From NCBI GenBank assembly GCA_007695125.1, contig REEJ01000307.1, positions 1-62,426 on the forward strand: a stretch of 62,426 nt of DNA. The letters run 5' to 3'. Every line of letters begins with the position of its first letter. The first letter of the stretch is position 1. The position numbers were made by a program, and so were the translations under genes. The notes under the pieces are model-generated. The model saw only the letters and a list, made by a program, of their open reading frames with translations. It did no database searches and had not been told where the DNA came from. Below, one piece after another: positions 25,170-36,000 of the stretch. Source of the stretch: Trueperaceae bacterium (GTDB lineage Bacteria; Deinococcota; Deinococci; Deinococcales; Trueperaceae).

Positions 25170-25245
25170 GCTACGGCCTCTGGGCACTCCGGGCCGCGCA
25201 CCGCGCAGGCAGCTGGCGATCGCTCCGCACCGCCGCGCCCCGGTA

Positions 25246-25695
25246 TCAGCCCTCGGCCTCGTCCATACGGATGAGCAGGAAGGGCTTCGTGGCGCGCCGC
25301 AGCGCACCCTCGGCGACGGATCCGAACATCCAGCGGTTGAAGCCGCGCCGTCCGTGCGTCCCCATCACCACGAGGTCGTGGTCCTCGGCGGCCGCGAGGA
25401 TCGCGGCGACCGGGGCCTGGTTGTCGACACGCTTCGCCGTGGCGGCGACGCCCGCGGCCTCGGCCGCGGCGACGGCGTCGCGCAACGCCTCGTCGGCCGT
25501 CTGCTTGAGGTCCTCCCACAGCTGGGCCGAGTACGGCAGTGACTCCGGCGTGGCGGTGCCAGTGGTGAGCGGGTTCTCGAGGGCGTACAGGAACGTGACC
25601 TCGCTCCCGAGCTGCTTGGCGAGCCCGAGGGCTTCGTCGATGGCGTGCATCGCGCACGCGCTACCGTCCGTGGGCATCAGGATGCGTTGGTACAT
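25246..25695 (-). CDS. Universal stress protein (UspA family)
   Basis: ATG at 25695 preceded by GGGAGGTG. Motifs MYQRILMPTDGS and VVMGTHGRRGFNRWMFGSVAEGALR. Confidence 0.9.
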   Translation of the reverse strand: MYQRILMPTDGSACAMHAIDEALGLAKQLGSEVTFLYALENPLTTGTATPESLPYSAQLWEDLKQTADEALRDAVAAAEAAGVAATAKRVDNQAPVAAILAAAEDHDLVVMGTHGRRGFNRWMFGSVAEGALRRATKPFLLIRMDEAEG

Positions 25696-26103
25696 ATGGC
25701 ACCTCCCGCGCCGTCGCGTGCTGGGCGAGCGCACGCCTCGATCGCGACGGTCTCACCCTCAGCGTAGGACGGATGACCCGGCGACGTGCCGTCTTCGGCC
25801 CGACGGCCGCTGTGGGAGTTCGACGGACGGGTGACGGCGCCCTTCGTTGTCTCATGGAAGCGTCGGACGCCCAGAGGGCGCCCTGCGCCTGATGTCGACG
25901 CCCGACGCCGGTCACCGTGACCACCCCCGGCAGCCCGCTCACGGTGGCCGGCCCCCTTGTGGGCCGAGGGCACGGCACCGCGGCAGCGCCACACGGAACC
26001 ATGACCGAAGGCACCTCCCCCCTCGGCTGGTACCATGCAGCCACAGCAATCGACACACGGCGGCGGGCGAGCGTCCGCACGACCGCAGCGGAGGAGCGAG
26101 CCC

Positions 26104-26925
26104 ATGCGCATCCTGCACCCCACCGATTTCTCGAGAACCGCCGAGTTGGCGCGTGTGTTGGCGCTCGACCTGTGCGAGCGCTTGGCGGCCGAGCTGCGCG
26201 TCTTGCACGTGCAGCAGGGCTTCATCGACCAGGGCGGCGCACCCTACGTACGCGCCTACCTCGACTCGCTCGAACCCGCGCTGCAGCGCAAGCTCGACGA
26301 AGACCGGCGGGCCGACGAGGCTCGCCTGCGCGAGCGCCTGGCGACCATGGCGGGCGAACACGGCACGCCCGAGCTCGTCGCCGGCGACCCGCTCCGCGAG
26401 ATCCTGCGCCTCACGGCCGAACACGACCTCGTGGTGATGGGCGCGCACGGCCAGAGCCCTCTCGACGACGTCTTCCTAGGGGGCATCGCCGGGCGCGTGG
26501 TGCGGCGCACCACGCGCCCGGTCCTCACCGTCAGGGACACCTGCACGGTGTCCTCGGTCAAGCGCCTGCTGGTCGCGAGCGACTTCGGCGACGCCTCGCT
26601 GGGGGCGTGGAGCTTCGCCACCGAGTTGGCGCGCCGCGGCGGCCTGAAGCTGGTGCTGGCCCACGTGACCGACGGACGCGAGACCGACGCGTCGGCGGTC
26701 AACGCCCGGCTCGAGACGCTGGCGGCCGGACGGGCCGAGCGCCTCGCCGTGCGCGCCGGCAACCCGATCGACGTGCTCCCTGCGATCGCCCAGGACGTCG
26801 GCGCCGACGCGATCGTGGTCGGTCTGCGCCGCCAGGGCCGCGTCGCGGGGTTGATCCTGGGCTCGCGGGCGGATGCCTTGTTGCGCTCCTCGCCCGTGCC
26901 GATCCTGAGCGTGCCCGCCCGCTGA
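26104..26925 (+). CDS. Tandem-domain universal stress protein
   Basis: ATG at 26104 preceded by GGAGGAG. Two Usp halves (RILHPTDFS..VVMGAHGQSPLDDVFLGGIAGRVVR and RLLVASDFG..VVGLRRQGRVAGLILGSRADALLR). Confidence 0.9.
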   Translation: MRILHPTDFSRTAELARVLALDLCERLAAELRVLHVQQGFIDQGGAPYVRAYLDSLEPALQRKLDEDRRADEARLRERLATMAGEHGTPELVAGDPLREILRLTAEHDLVVMGAHGQSPLDDVFLGGIAGRVVRRTTRPVLTVRDTCTVSSVKRLLVASDFGDASLGAWSFATELARRGGLKLVLAHVTDGRETDASAVNARLETLAAGRAERLAVRAGNPIDVLPAIAQDVGADAIVVGLRRQGRVAGLILGSRADALLRSSPVPILSVPAR

Positions 26926-26938
26926 CGCATCGGCGGGC

Positions 26939-26976
26939 GCGCCGGCTGACTGGCCGGCCGGCGGGCCGGCCGGCGC
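26939..26976. terminator. GC-rich stem-loop between convergent genes
   Basis: GCGCCGGC (26939-26946) pairs with GCCGGCGC (26969-26976) and is followed by TT. The loop contains GGCCGGCC. Confidence 0.4.
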
Positions 26977-26998
26977 TTCATGCTGACGCGCCGACCCG

Positions 26999-28660
26999 TC
27001 AGCCGGTCACCGAGGTGATCAAGGCGGCAGCCTCCTCGACGAGCAGCGCCAGGTGCTCGCTCGAGACGAAGCTCTCGGCGTAGAGCTTCGACACGTCCTC
27101 CGTACCGGAGGGGCGCGCCGCGAACCAGCCGTTCGCCGTCACGACCTTGAGCCCGCCGATGGCGGCGCCGTTGCCGGGTGCCGTCGTCATCACGGCCTCG
27201 ATGCGTTCGCCGGCCAGCGTGTCGGCGCGCACGTCGTCGGGGCCGAGCGCCTTCAGCGCCGCCTTGGCGGCCGGCGTCGCCGGGGCGTCGACGCGCGTGG
27301 CGTACGAGCGCCCGAGGGCCTCTTCCAGGCCCGCGAAGCGCTGCCCCGGGTCGTCGCCCGTCACGGCGGTGATCTCGGCCGCCACGAGGTCGATGGCGAT
27401 GCCGTCCTTGTCGGTGCTCCAGAGTTCGCCGTCGCGGCGCAGGCAGGTGGCGCCGGCGCTCTCCTCGCCGCCGAAGGCGAGGCTGCCGTCGACGAGGCCC
27501 GGCACGAACCACTTGAAGCCGACCGGCACCTCGTGCACGCGCCGCCCGAGTCGCGCCGCCACCCGATCGATCAACGCCGACGACACGAGCGTCTTGCCGA
27601 TCGCGGCGCCCTCCGGCCAGCCCGGACGGTGGGTGTAGAGGTAGTCGATCGCCACGGCCAGGTACGCGTTCGGCGCCAGCAGGCCGGCCGGCGTGACGAC
27701 GCCGTGCCGATCGGCGTCGGGGTCGTTGCCGAAGGCCACGTCGAAGCGCCCCGCCACCTCCAGCAGACCGGCCATGGCGTAGGGCGAGCTGCAGTCCATG
27801 CGGATCACGCCGTCGTGGTCGAGCGGCATGAACGCGAAGCGCGGGTCGAGCTCGTCGTTGACGATCGTGAGATCGAGGCCGTAGCGCTCGACGATGCGCT
27901 GCCAGGTCGGCAGCCCGGCACCGCCCATCGGGTCGACGCCGAGGCGCAGGCCGGAGCCGCGGATGGCGTCCATGTCGAGCACCTCGCCGAGTTCCGCCAC
28001 GTAGTCGCCGTGCAGGTCGGCGCGCTGGACGCTCGCAGCGCCGAGCGCTCGCTCGTAGGGGATGCGCGGCAGGCCGGACACGTCGCCGAGGAGTTCGTTG
28101 GCGCGGCGTTCGATCCAGCTCGTGGCGTCGGTGTCGGCCGGGCCACCGTGCGGCGGGTTGTACTTGAAGCCACCGTCGTCGGGCGGGTTGTGCGACGGCG
28201 TGATGACGATGCCGTCGCTCCAACCCGCTGCTGGAGGCGCGCTGCGCCGCAGCCCGGCCCGGCCGCCGTTGCGACGCAGGATCGCGTGCGACACCACCGG
28301 CGTCGGTACCGGCGAGAGGTCGTCTTGGACGACGACGCTCACGCCTCCTGCCACCAGCACCTCGAGCGCGGTTCGCAGCGCCGGGGCCGAGAGCGCGTGG
28401 GTGTCGGCGCCGAGCACGAGCGGGCCCGTCACGCCTTGCGCGTGGCGGTACTCGATCACGGCGCGGCTGATGGCCGTGATGTGGGCGTCGTTGAACGAGC
28501 GCCGCAGCGACGAGCCACGGTGACCCGAGGTCCCGAAGGCGACGCGCTGTCCGGGGTCGGCGGGGTCGGGAGCATCGGCCTCGTAGGCTGCGAGCAGCGC
28601 GGGTACGTCGACGAGCGCGCTCGCTGGAGCGCGGCGCCCGGCGCCTGGGTGGATGGGCAT
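26999..28660 (-). CDS. pgm: Phosphoglucomutase (alpha-D-glucose-phosphate specific)
   Basis: ATG at 28660 preceded by GGAGGA. Motifs [46 protein letters not shown] and RPSGTE. Confidence 0.92.
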   Translation of the reverse strand: MPIHPGAGRRAPASALVDVPALLAAYEADAPDPADPGQRVAFGTSGHRGSSLRRSFNDAHITAISRAVIEYRHAQGVTGPLVLGADTHALSAPALRTALEVLVAGGVSVVVQDDLSPVPTPVVSHAILRRNGGRAGLRRSAPPAAGWSDGIVITPSHNPPDDGGFKYNPPHGGPADTDATSWIERRANELLGDVSGLPRIPYERALGAASVQRADLHGDYVAELGEVLDMDAIRGSGLRLGVDPMGGAGLPTWQRIVERYGLDLTIVNDELDPRFAFMPLDHDGVIRMDCSSPYAMAGLLEVAGRFDVAFGNDPDADRHGVVTPAGLLAPNAYLAVAIDYLYTHRPGWPEGAAIGKTLVSSALIDRVAARLGRRVHEVPVGFKWFVPGLVDGSLAFGGEESAGATCLRRDGELWSTDKDGIAIDLVAAEITAVTGDDPGQRFAGLEEALGRSYATRVDAPATPAAKAALKALGPDDVRADTLAGERIEAVMTTAPGNGAAIGGLKVVTANGWFAARPSGTEDVSKLYAESFVSSEHLALLVEEAAALITSVTG

Positions 28661-28760
28661 GGAAGGTCCTCCTGCACGGCGGGGTTGGTCGTAGCGTAGC
28701 ACCGCGGCGCGGCGGCGCCGAGACGGCCGTGCCGAGACTGTGTCCCCTGCTCAGTCATCG

Positions 28761-28774
28761 TTCACGAATGTGAA
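28761..28774 (+). promoter_or_regulatory. Candidate MarR operator (perfect inverted repeat)
   Basis: TTCAC-GAAT-GTGAA lies 17 nt upstream of the ATG at 28791, in an AT-richer patch. Confidence 0.4.
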
Positions 28775-28790
28775 GCATGATGGATGGTCG

Positions 28791-29264
28791 ATGGTCCATG
28801 CCCCCGCCACCACCACGCAGCCCACCAGCGCCGACGAGCTCGAGCGCCACGCGATCCTCACGCGGCTGAGCGCGTTGTCGCTGCCGCTCATGTGGTCGCT
28901 GCGCCAGCGTGCCATGCAGGTCTACGAGCCGCTCGGGGTGCGTCCCACACGCGTGCTGCTGATGGAGCTCGTCGACCGCGGCATCGACCGGCCCAAGCAG
29001 ATCGCCGAGGTGCTCGAGGCGGTGCCGCCTGCGGTGACCGCGATGGTGAACGAGTTGATGGAGAAGGGCTGGCTGGCGCGCGAACAGGACGCGGGCGACC
29101 GGCGCCGCATCCACCTGTACCTCACACCCAGCGGACACGAGGCGCTCGCCGGCCTGCGGCGCGCCTGGCACGAGGCCGAACGTGTCGACCTCGAACGCAT
29201 CGACACCGACCAACTGCGCACCGTGCTGCAGGTGTTCGAGTCGCTGCTCGGCGGGCGGCCGTGA
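28791..29264 (+). CDS. MarR-family transcriptional regulator (first gene of the efflux operon)
   Basis: Winged helix-turn-helix (PKQIAEVLEAVPPAVTAMVNELMEKGWLAREQDAGDRRRIHLYLT). ATG at 28791 preferred over the GTG at 28740. The stop overlaps the next start (GTGA). Confidence 0.8.
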   Translation: MVHAPATTTQPTSADELERHAILTRLSALSLPLMWSLRQRAMQVYEPLGVRPTRVLLMELVDRGIDRPKQIAEVLEAVPPAVTAMVNELMEKGWLAREQDAGDRRRIHLYLTPSGHEALAGLRRAWHEAERVDLERIDTDQLRTVLQVFESLLGGRP

Positions 29265-30694
29265 GCCGCCGTGCCACGCTCCGCGCGCGCGCCGTCGTCA
29301 CGACGGCAGCCACGCGCCGGGCGGCCGCAGTCGTGCTCCTGCTCGCCCTTGCCGTGGCGCCGTGGCAGCCCGCCCATGCCGGTGACGACCCGGTCGACGC
29401 ACCCGGCGACGTCGGGCTCACTGCGTTGCTCGCCACCGTCGCTCAGCATCCCGGGCTGCGCGCCGCCGATGCGGCCGCCGACGCCGCGGCGCTCCGCGCA
29501 GACGCCGTGCGATCGCCTGTGTCGCTGCGGCTCGACCTCGAGTCGCAGCGCCTGCAGGTCGAGGCTGCCAGCGATCCGCTCCCGTCACCGTTCGACGACC
29601 TGTTCGCGATCGACGAAGCCACCGACCGGGTGACGCTCAGCGCCGTGTTGCGCCCCTTCGTCGCCGGCGAGCTGCGCGACCTCCTCGACCAGCGCCTGCT
29701 CGACCTGGAGCGTGCCGAACTCACCGTGCGCGAGACCCGTGCGTCGCTCGAGGCGCAGGCCGTGCGCGCGGCCGCCGGCGTCTTGCTGGCCGAACGTGGC
29801 GTCGCCCTGGCAGCCGACGCCCGCGACCTCACCGACAGGTCGTTGGCGGCGGCGCGGACGCGGCACGCGTCCGGGGCGGCCAGCGACCTCGACCTGCGCA
29901 GGGCGGAGCTCCAGCACGCCGACGCCGAGCGCGCCTTGGCGCGCGCCGAGCGGCAGCTGGGCGCAGCCGAGGCCGCGTTGCGCCAACTCGTCGGCGCCGC
30001 GCGCATCACCGACCTCCCCGAGCTCACGCCCGTCCTCGGCGCGCCGCCGGACCTCGTGCGCGCGGTGCTCGACCTGACCCTCGCCGACGTCGGCGCCCGC
30101 AACCAGGGGCGTGCGCTCCAACCCACCGTGCAGGCCGGCTACACCTGGCTCGGCGACGACGGCGACAGCGTCACGCTCGGCCTCGAGAGCCGCTCGTGGC
30201 AACCGTCGCTCACGTACGCCACCGGTGGTGGCGGCCAGGCAACGGGGGCCGGCGGGATCGACGGCGGCGACGCGCTCGAAGGGCTCACGCCGAGCGTTCG
30301 GGGGAGCCTCACGGTCGGCGTCAGCTGGACGATCTCGCCCCAGGTGTCGCTCGAACGCGACGCGAGCCGCCGCCAGGTCGACGCGGCGGTCGCGGCGCTC
30401 GAGGCCGCGCACGACCGTGCGGCCCTGCAGCGCCGCGCCGACGGCGACGCGCTCGCCGACGCCAGCGCCGCCGTGGCGCAAGCGGAGCTCGAGCGCACCC
30501 TGGCGATCGAAGAGGCCGCCGCGGCCGCCCTGCGTTACGAGGCCGGGCTGATCGGCGCCCTCGAGCGCGACCAGGCCCACCTCGCCCTCGCCCAAGCCGA
30601 GCTCGGCTGGTGGGCTGCCCGCGTCGACGCGCTCGGCGCCGTGCTCGACACGTACGTCGTCTACGCCATCCCGCTTTCGGAGGTCCTCCCGTGA
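29261..30694 (+). CDS. TolC-like outer-membrane efflux factor 1
   Basis: GTG at 29261 inside track ORF 28784..30694. Signal peptide ..PAHA|GDD. Long Ala/Leu/Arg coiled-coil repeats typical of the OEP family. 477 aa. Confidence 0.75.
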   Translation: MSRRATLRARAVVTTAATRRAAAVVLLLALAVAPWQPAHAGDDPVDAPGDVGLTALLATVAQHPGLRAADAAADAAALRADAVRSPVSLRLDLESQRLQVEAASDPLPSPFDDLFAIDEATDRVTLSAVLRPFVAGELRDLLDQRLLDLERAELTVRETRASLEAQAVRAAAGVLLAERGVALAADARDLTDRSLAAARTRHASGAASDLDLRRAELQHADAERALARAERQLGAAEAALRQLVGAARITDLPELTPVLGAPPDLVRAVLDLTLADVGARNQGRALQPTVQAGYTWLGDDGDSVTLGLESRSWQPSLTYATGGGGQATGAGGIDGGDALEGLTPSVRGSLTVGVSWTISPQVSLERDASRRQVDAAVAALEAAHDRAALQRRADGDALADASAAVAQAELERTLAIEEAAAAALRYEAGLIGALERDQAHLALAQAELGWWAARVDALGAVLDTYVVYAIPLSEVLP

Positions 30695-31728
30695 CGCACG
30701 CCCTCACCGCCCGGCGCCTGCTGGCGCCCTTGCTCGTCGCGGCCCTCGGGCTCGCCACGGCCCAACCGTTGGAGGACTTCCTCGCGCGCTCCGACCAGGC
30801 CGTCGGCGTCGTGACGGCGGCGCTCGAACGCGCCGACGCCGAGCGCGCCATGCAGCGCTCCGAGGCCGATCCGCTGGCCCTGCGGCCGGAGCGGGTGCAG
30901 GCACGCCAGCGGGCCGAACTCGCGACCGCCCAGGCCACCGAGGCCCTCTTCGAGGCCTACGTCGACGTCGCCGCCGCCTACGCCCAGGTGCGTGAAGCCG
31001 AGCTGCAGGTGCGCATCGCCGAGGCCGGCCGCGCGCTCGCCGAGCGGGGCGTCGAGGTCGCGCGCTTGCGGCTCGAGCGCGGGAGCGCGACGGCGCTGGA
31101 GGTCCAGGCCGCCGAGACCGACCTGCGCGAGGCCGAGCGGGGCGCCAACGCTGCGCGCGATGGCCTGGCGCTCGCCACCCGGAACCTGGTGGGGATCACC
31201 GGCGTCACGTTCGACGCGAGCGAACCGGTCGCGCGCGACCGACTCGTGGGGCTCGACGTGCCCGACGACACGGCGCTCGAGGCCGCCGCGCTCGGCACGC
31301 CCGCCGTGCTGCAGGTCCGCCACGGGCTGGCGCTGGCGGAGGTGCAGGTCGAGCTCCTCGATCCGAGCTTCGCCTCGCGCAGCCAGATCGACCAGGCCGA
31401 ACTCCAGCGGGCGCAGGCCGCCGCCGGGGCGGACGAGGCGCGTCGCGGCGTGACGCTGCTCCTGCGCTCGCGCGCCAACACCCTCGCGAGCGCCCTCGAA
31501 GGCGACCGCATCGCCCAGGACGCGCTCTCGCAGGCGCGGGAGCGCGAGGACGTCGAGCGCCGGCGCCTGGCCGCCGGCCTGATCAGCGAACTGGCCTTCG
31601 AGCAGGTCCAACTGCAGACCCTGCAGGCCGAGCTGCGCGCGATGCAGGCCGAGCACGCGCTGCTGGCGGCGGCCCTGGAGCTGCAGGCCGCGACGCTGGT
31701 TCCGCTGCAGGGCTGGCATGGCTTCTGA
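30691..31728 (+). CDS. TolC-like outer-membrane efflux factor 2 (short, 345 aa)
   Basis: GTG at 30691 (GTGA overlap, GGAGG upstream). Signal peptide LGLATA|QP. OEP-like coiled-coil repeats. Confidence 0.7.
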   Translation: MTHALTARRLLAPLLVAALGLATAQPLEDFLARSDQAVGVVTAALERADAERAMQRSEADPLALRPERVQARQRAELATAQATEALFEAYVDVAAAYAQVREAELQVRIAEAGRALAERGVEVARLRLERGSATALEVQAAETDLREAERGANAARDGLALATRNLVGITGVTFDASEPVARDRLVGLDVPDDTALEAAALGTPAVLQVRHGLALAEVQVELLDPSFASRSQIDQAELQRAQAAAGADEARRGVTLLLRSRANTLASALEGDRIAQDALSQAREREDVERRRLAAGLISELAFEQVQLQTLQAELRAMQAEHALLAAALELQAATLVPLQGWHGF

Positions 31729-33064
31729 GGCCCACGTCGGCCGCGGGCGCACGCGCCGCGCAGCGACGGCGACGGGGCTGCGGCTGCTCGCCCTGCTCGT
31801 GCTGGCGCTGCCGCTCGTGGCGGCCTGCGGTTCGGACGACGACGCCGGAGCGGCCTCGACCGCGGCGAACGGCGTGGCCACCGCTGCGTCTGGCGCCGCC
31901 AACGCCGAGGCCGAGCGCGCCGTGCGCGTGGTCGAGGTGGCCGAGGGCGAGCTGCGCGCCACGCGCCGCGCCTCGGTGACGGTGCGCCCCTCGCGCGAGA
32001 GCCGCGTCGCCTCCGGCGCCAGCGGTCGCGTGGTCGAGCTGCTCGTGCGCGAAGGCGCGGTGGTCCACGCCGGCCAGGCGCTGATCCGCATCGACGCGGA
32101 GGCCCTGTCCCGCCAAGTCGAGAACGCCGAGCTGGCCCTCGGGCAAGCCCGGATCAACCTGCAGCGCGCCCGCAGCCAAGCCGCCGACGGCGTGGCGCAG
32201 GCCGAGGCCGGGGTGCGGGCCGCCCAGGGCAACCTGGCCGTCGCGCAGCGCCAACTCGACGAAGCCGAGGCGCTCTTGGACATCGGCGCGATCGCCGCCG
32301 CCGACGTGCAGGCGCTGCGCGCGCAGCGCGACCAGGCGCAGAGCGCGGCCCTGCAGGCGGCCGACGCGCTCGCTCGGGCGGGCCGCGTCGAGCAAGAGGA
32401 CATCGCGCTGCTCGAACTCCAGGAGCGCCAGGCCGAGGTCCAGCTCCGACAGGCCCGCGAAGCGGTCGCCGACGCGGTCGTCAGGTCGCCCTTCGCTGGC
32501 GAGGTGGCCGAGCTGCTCGTCGAGACCGGCGAGTTCGTCGGGGCCGGCTCGCCGGTGGCCCGCGTGCTGGGGCTCGACGCGCAACTGGCGAGCTTCGCGG
32601 TGCCACCCGAGGACGTCGCCGCGCTCGAGGCGACCGGTCGCGTCACCATCGACTACGCCGGCCAGAGCCTGAGCGCCACGGTCACCCGAACCGAGCGCAC
32701 CGCACAACAGTCGCGCCTCGTCACGGTGATCGCCACGCTCGACCCGGCCGCTCCGCGGCTCCCCGGCGGCGCGGTCGCCGAGGTGCGCTACGAGGTCCTG
32801 GTGGCATCCGGACCGCTGCTGCCGTCGTCGGCCCTGTCGGCCGAGGCCGGGCGCACCTTCGTGTTCCGCGTGGATCGCGACGGCGAGCGCAGCGTCGCGC
32901 GTCGCACCGAGGTTCGCGTCGTCGGCGAGAGCGGCAACCAGGCCGTCGTGGCCGCCGTCGAAGAGGGGGCGCTCCCGCTCGGCGCAAGCGTCGTAGCGCC
33001 GCGGCCGCTCGATGTCCGTGACAACACCCGCGTCCGCGTCGTCGAGGTCGTCAGCGGACCGTGA
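31718..33064 (+). CDS. RND efflux periplasmic adaptor (HlyD/MFP family) lipoprotein
   Basis: Lipobox PLVAAC|G. Has the lipoyl-like, coiled-coil hairpin and beta-barrel pattern (VVHAGQALIRID..RSPFAGEVAELLVETGEFV). Confidence 0.85.
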   Translation: MASEAHVGRGRTRRAATATGLRLLALLVLALPLVAACGSDDDAGAASTAANGVATAASGAANAEAERAVRVVEVAEGELRATRRASVTVRPSRESRVASGASGRVVELLVREGAVVHAGQALIRIDAEALSRQVENAELALGQARINLQRARSQAADGVAQAEAGVRAAQGNLAVAQRQLDEAEALLDIGAIAAADVQALRAQRDQAQSAALQAADALARAGRVEQEDIALLELQERQAEVQLRQAREAVADAVVRSPFAGEVAELLVETGEFVGAGSPVARVLGLDAQLASFAVPPEDVAALEATGRVTIDYAGQSLSATVTRTERTAQQSRLVTVIATLDPAAPRLPGGAVAEVRYEVLVASGPLLPSSALSAEAGRTFVFRVDRDGERSVARRTEVRVVGESGNQAVVAAVEEGALPLGASVVAPRPLDVRDNTRVRVVEVVSGP

Positions 33065-36000
33065 ACCGCCTGATCGCCTTCTTCGTCGAGCGCTTCGTCT
33101 TCGCCATCGCCATCTTCCTGGCGGTGGTGTTCTTCGGCCTCAGCGCCGGCACGCAACTCGGCGTCGACCTCCTGCCGGAGTTCGAGTTCCCGATCGTGGC
33201 GATCAACACCAGCTACCCCGGAGCGGGATCGGCCGAGACCGCGAGCCAGGTCAGCGAGCCGATCGAGGACGCCGTCGCCACGCTCGCCGGCATCACCGAC
33301 GTGTCGTCGATATCGGGCGAGGGCTTCTCACTGGTGATCGCGCAGTTCGAGTTCGACGTCTCGGTCGACCAGGCCGCGATCGACGTCAAGCAGCGCGTCG
33401 ACCAGGTCCAGCCGACGCTGCCTGACGACGCCGGCGCGCCGGTGATCCAGAAGTTCGACCCCGCCGACCAACCTATCCTGACGATCGCGCTGTCCGCCCC
33501 CGGCGTCGACCTGCAAGACGTCCAGCGCGTCGCCGCGGACGAGATCGAGACGCGCATCCAGCAGGTGCTCGGCGTCGCGGCGGTGTCGACCATCGGACCC
33601 GTGTCGCGCGAGCTCCAGGTGCTCCTCGATCCCGCCCGACTGCAGGCGCTCGGCCTCACCCCCGCCCAGGTCGCCGGAGCCATCCGGGCAGCGTCGGTGA
33701 CCCTGCCGGCCGGCGGGCTCGAGCTCGGCGCCGAGCGCCTGCTCCTGTCGGTGCGGGCCCAGCAGCGCACGGGCGACGACGTGGCGAACGCCTTCGTCGA
33801 CCCGGCGCGAGGCGTGCTCGTCCGCGACGTGGCGACCGTGCGCGACACCATCGCCGACGCCACCCGCTTCGTGCGTCTCGATGGCGAGCCGACCGTGCTG
33901 CTCGAGGTGCGCAAGACGTCAGGTGCCAACTCGGTCGCGACCGGCCGTGCCGTCCGCGCGGCGCTCGAGCGCGTCGAGCTCCCCGCTGGTTACAGCGCCG
34001 AGATCGTCGGCGACACGACCGTGTTCATCGCCAACTCGGTGTTCGACACCATGCGCGAGACGCTGCTCGCCGTGGCGGCCGTCGCCTTCATCGTGCTGCT
34101 CTTCGTCGGCCGCCTGGGCTCGACGTTCTCGGTGGTGCTCGCCATCCCGATCACCATCACGGGGGCGGTCATCCTGTTCGGGCTGCTCGGCTTCACGTTC
34201 AACGTCGTGACGCTGCTCGCGATCACGGTGGCGGTCGGGTTGGTGGTCGACGACTCGATCGTCATAGCCGAGAACATCGACCGCTATCGCGCCCTCGGGT
34301 ACGGCCTGAAGGAGAGCGTGCTGAAGGGGGCGGGCGAGGTCGCGACGGCGGTCCTCACGTCGACGCTGTCGCTCCTCGCGGTGTTCGTGCCGATCGCGTT
34401 CCTGCCGGGCGTGATCGGGCAGTTCTTCAGCCAGTTCGGGCTCTCCCTCGCCGCCACGATCGGGGTGTCGTACCTCGAGGCGATGTTCTTCCTCACCGTG
34501 CGCCTGGCCTACATGCCCAACCCGATGCCGCCCTCGTGGCGCGCCTTCCCTGCGGCGCTGCGCGCCGTGCCGCGCGACCTGCTGTGGTGCCTGGCGCTGT
34601 GGCGCAGGCGGCGCGTCTGGGCGCTCGTGCTCCTGGCCGGGACGGCCGCGCCGTACGCCGCGGCCGAGGGGTGGCTCGGTGGCCGCGCGCTGGAGGCCAC
34701 GACGCCGTGGTGGGGCGCGGTCGCGCTGGGCACGGCCGTCAGCCTCGCGCTCGCGCTGCTGCTCCCGCCGCTCGCCGGCGTCGTGCGCGCGCTCCTTCGC
34801 ATCGTCTGGGGCCTGGTGGGCGGCCTCCTGCTCGTGCTGCACCAAGCGACCGACGCGCTCGTCGTCGCCGGCCGCGAGCGCTACGCGCGCGCGCTCGGCT
34901 GGATGCTCGATCGCAGCACCGCCGTCCTGGTCGCCGCCGCGCTGATGGTGGCGAGCCTCGGCGTCATCTTCCCGTCGATCAACTTCAACTTCGTCTCCGA
35001 GGTCGACGTCGGCCAAGTGGCCGTCCGCGTCGACATGCCGCCCGGCACGCCACTCGGTCGGACCGACGATGTGGCCGCCCGACTCGAAGCCGTCGCGCGC
35101 GCCGACCGGGACGTCGGCACCGTGATCACCACGGTGGGCACCGGCGGCACGTTCGGCAACCCGAACGTCCAGCGCGCCGACATCCAGCTCGAGCTCGTGC
35201 CGCTGGCGCAGCGCGGCGCGAGCTCGTTCGAGGTCGCGGACCGCTTGCAACCGCTCCTGGCCGCGGCCATCGCCGACGTCCCCGAGGCCCGCCTGCGGGT
35301 CGGCTCCGACGACGGCGGGGCGGTGCCGGTCGACACCGGCATCGAGATCGTCCTGGAGAGCGCCGACCTGGCGCTGCTCGAGCAGCGCGATCGCGCCGCG
35401 CGCGAGCTGATGGAGGACCACCCCTGGCTCCGGAACGTCCGCTCGACGCTCGAGGGGAGCGTCTCGGAGCGCGTGTTCGTCGTGTCGTCCGCCGCCGTGG
35501 CGGGCACCGGACTCACCACCAACGACATCGCCAACACGCTCCGCGCGTACAACGTCGGCGTCTCGGCGGGCACGCTGCGCGATGCCGGCGACGAGACCCC
35601 GATCGTGGTGAAGGTCGATCCGGCGCTCGTGCGCGACGAGCAGACGCTGCTGTCGCTGCCGATCTTCGCGAGCGCGTTGCAATCGTTCGTGACGCTCGGC
35701 CAGCTGGGGACGTTCGAGGTCCAGGCGGCGCCCGTGACCATCCGGCGCGCCAACCAGGCCTACGTCGCCAGCCTCGCCGCCGACCTGTCGTCCGCGTCGC
35801 CGGGGCAGTTCCAGACGCGCCAGGCGATCGAGGAGCTGCTGGCCGCCGAGGGCATCGTCGACGACAGCGTGCGCGTGACCACGGGACTCGGTCCCGACCT
35901 GCTCGGCGACCTGGTGTTCTACGGACCGATCGCGTTCGCGCTGGCGATCGTGCTGAACTACCTGGTGATCGCCAGCCAGTTCAACTCGTTCCGCTACCCG

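Noticed and set aside
26256-28223. 655-aa minus-strand ORF overlapping the USP and pgm genes
   Set aside because: Arg-rich low-complexity translation. It conflicts with two well-supported genes.
28740-28790. GTG at 28740 as the MarR start
   Set aside because: The first 17 codons add no conserved sequence and would cover the inverted-repeat operator. The ATG at 28791 gives a normal-length MarR protein. This remains uncertain.
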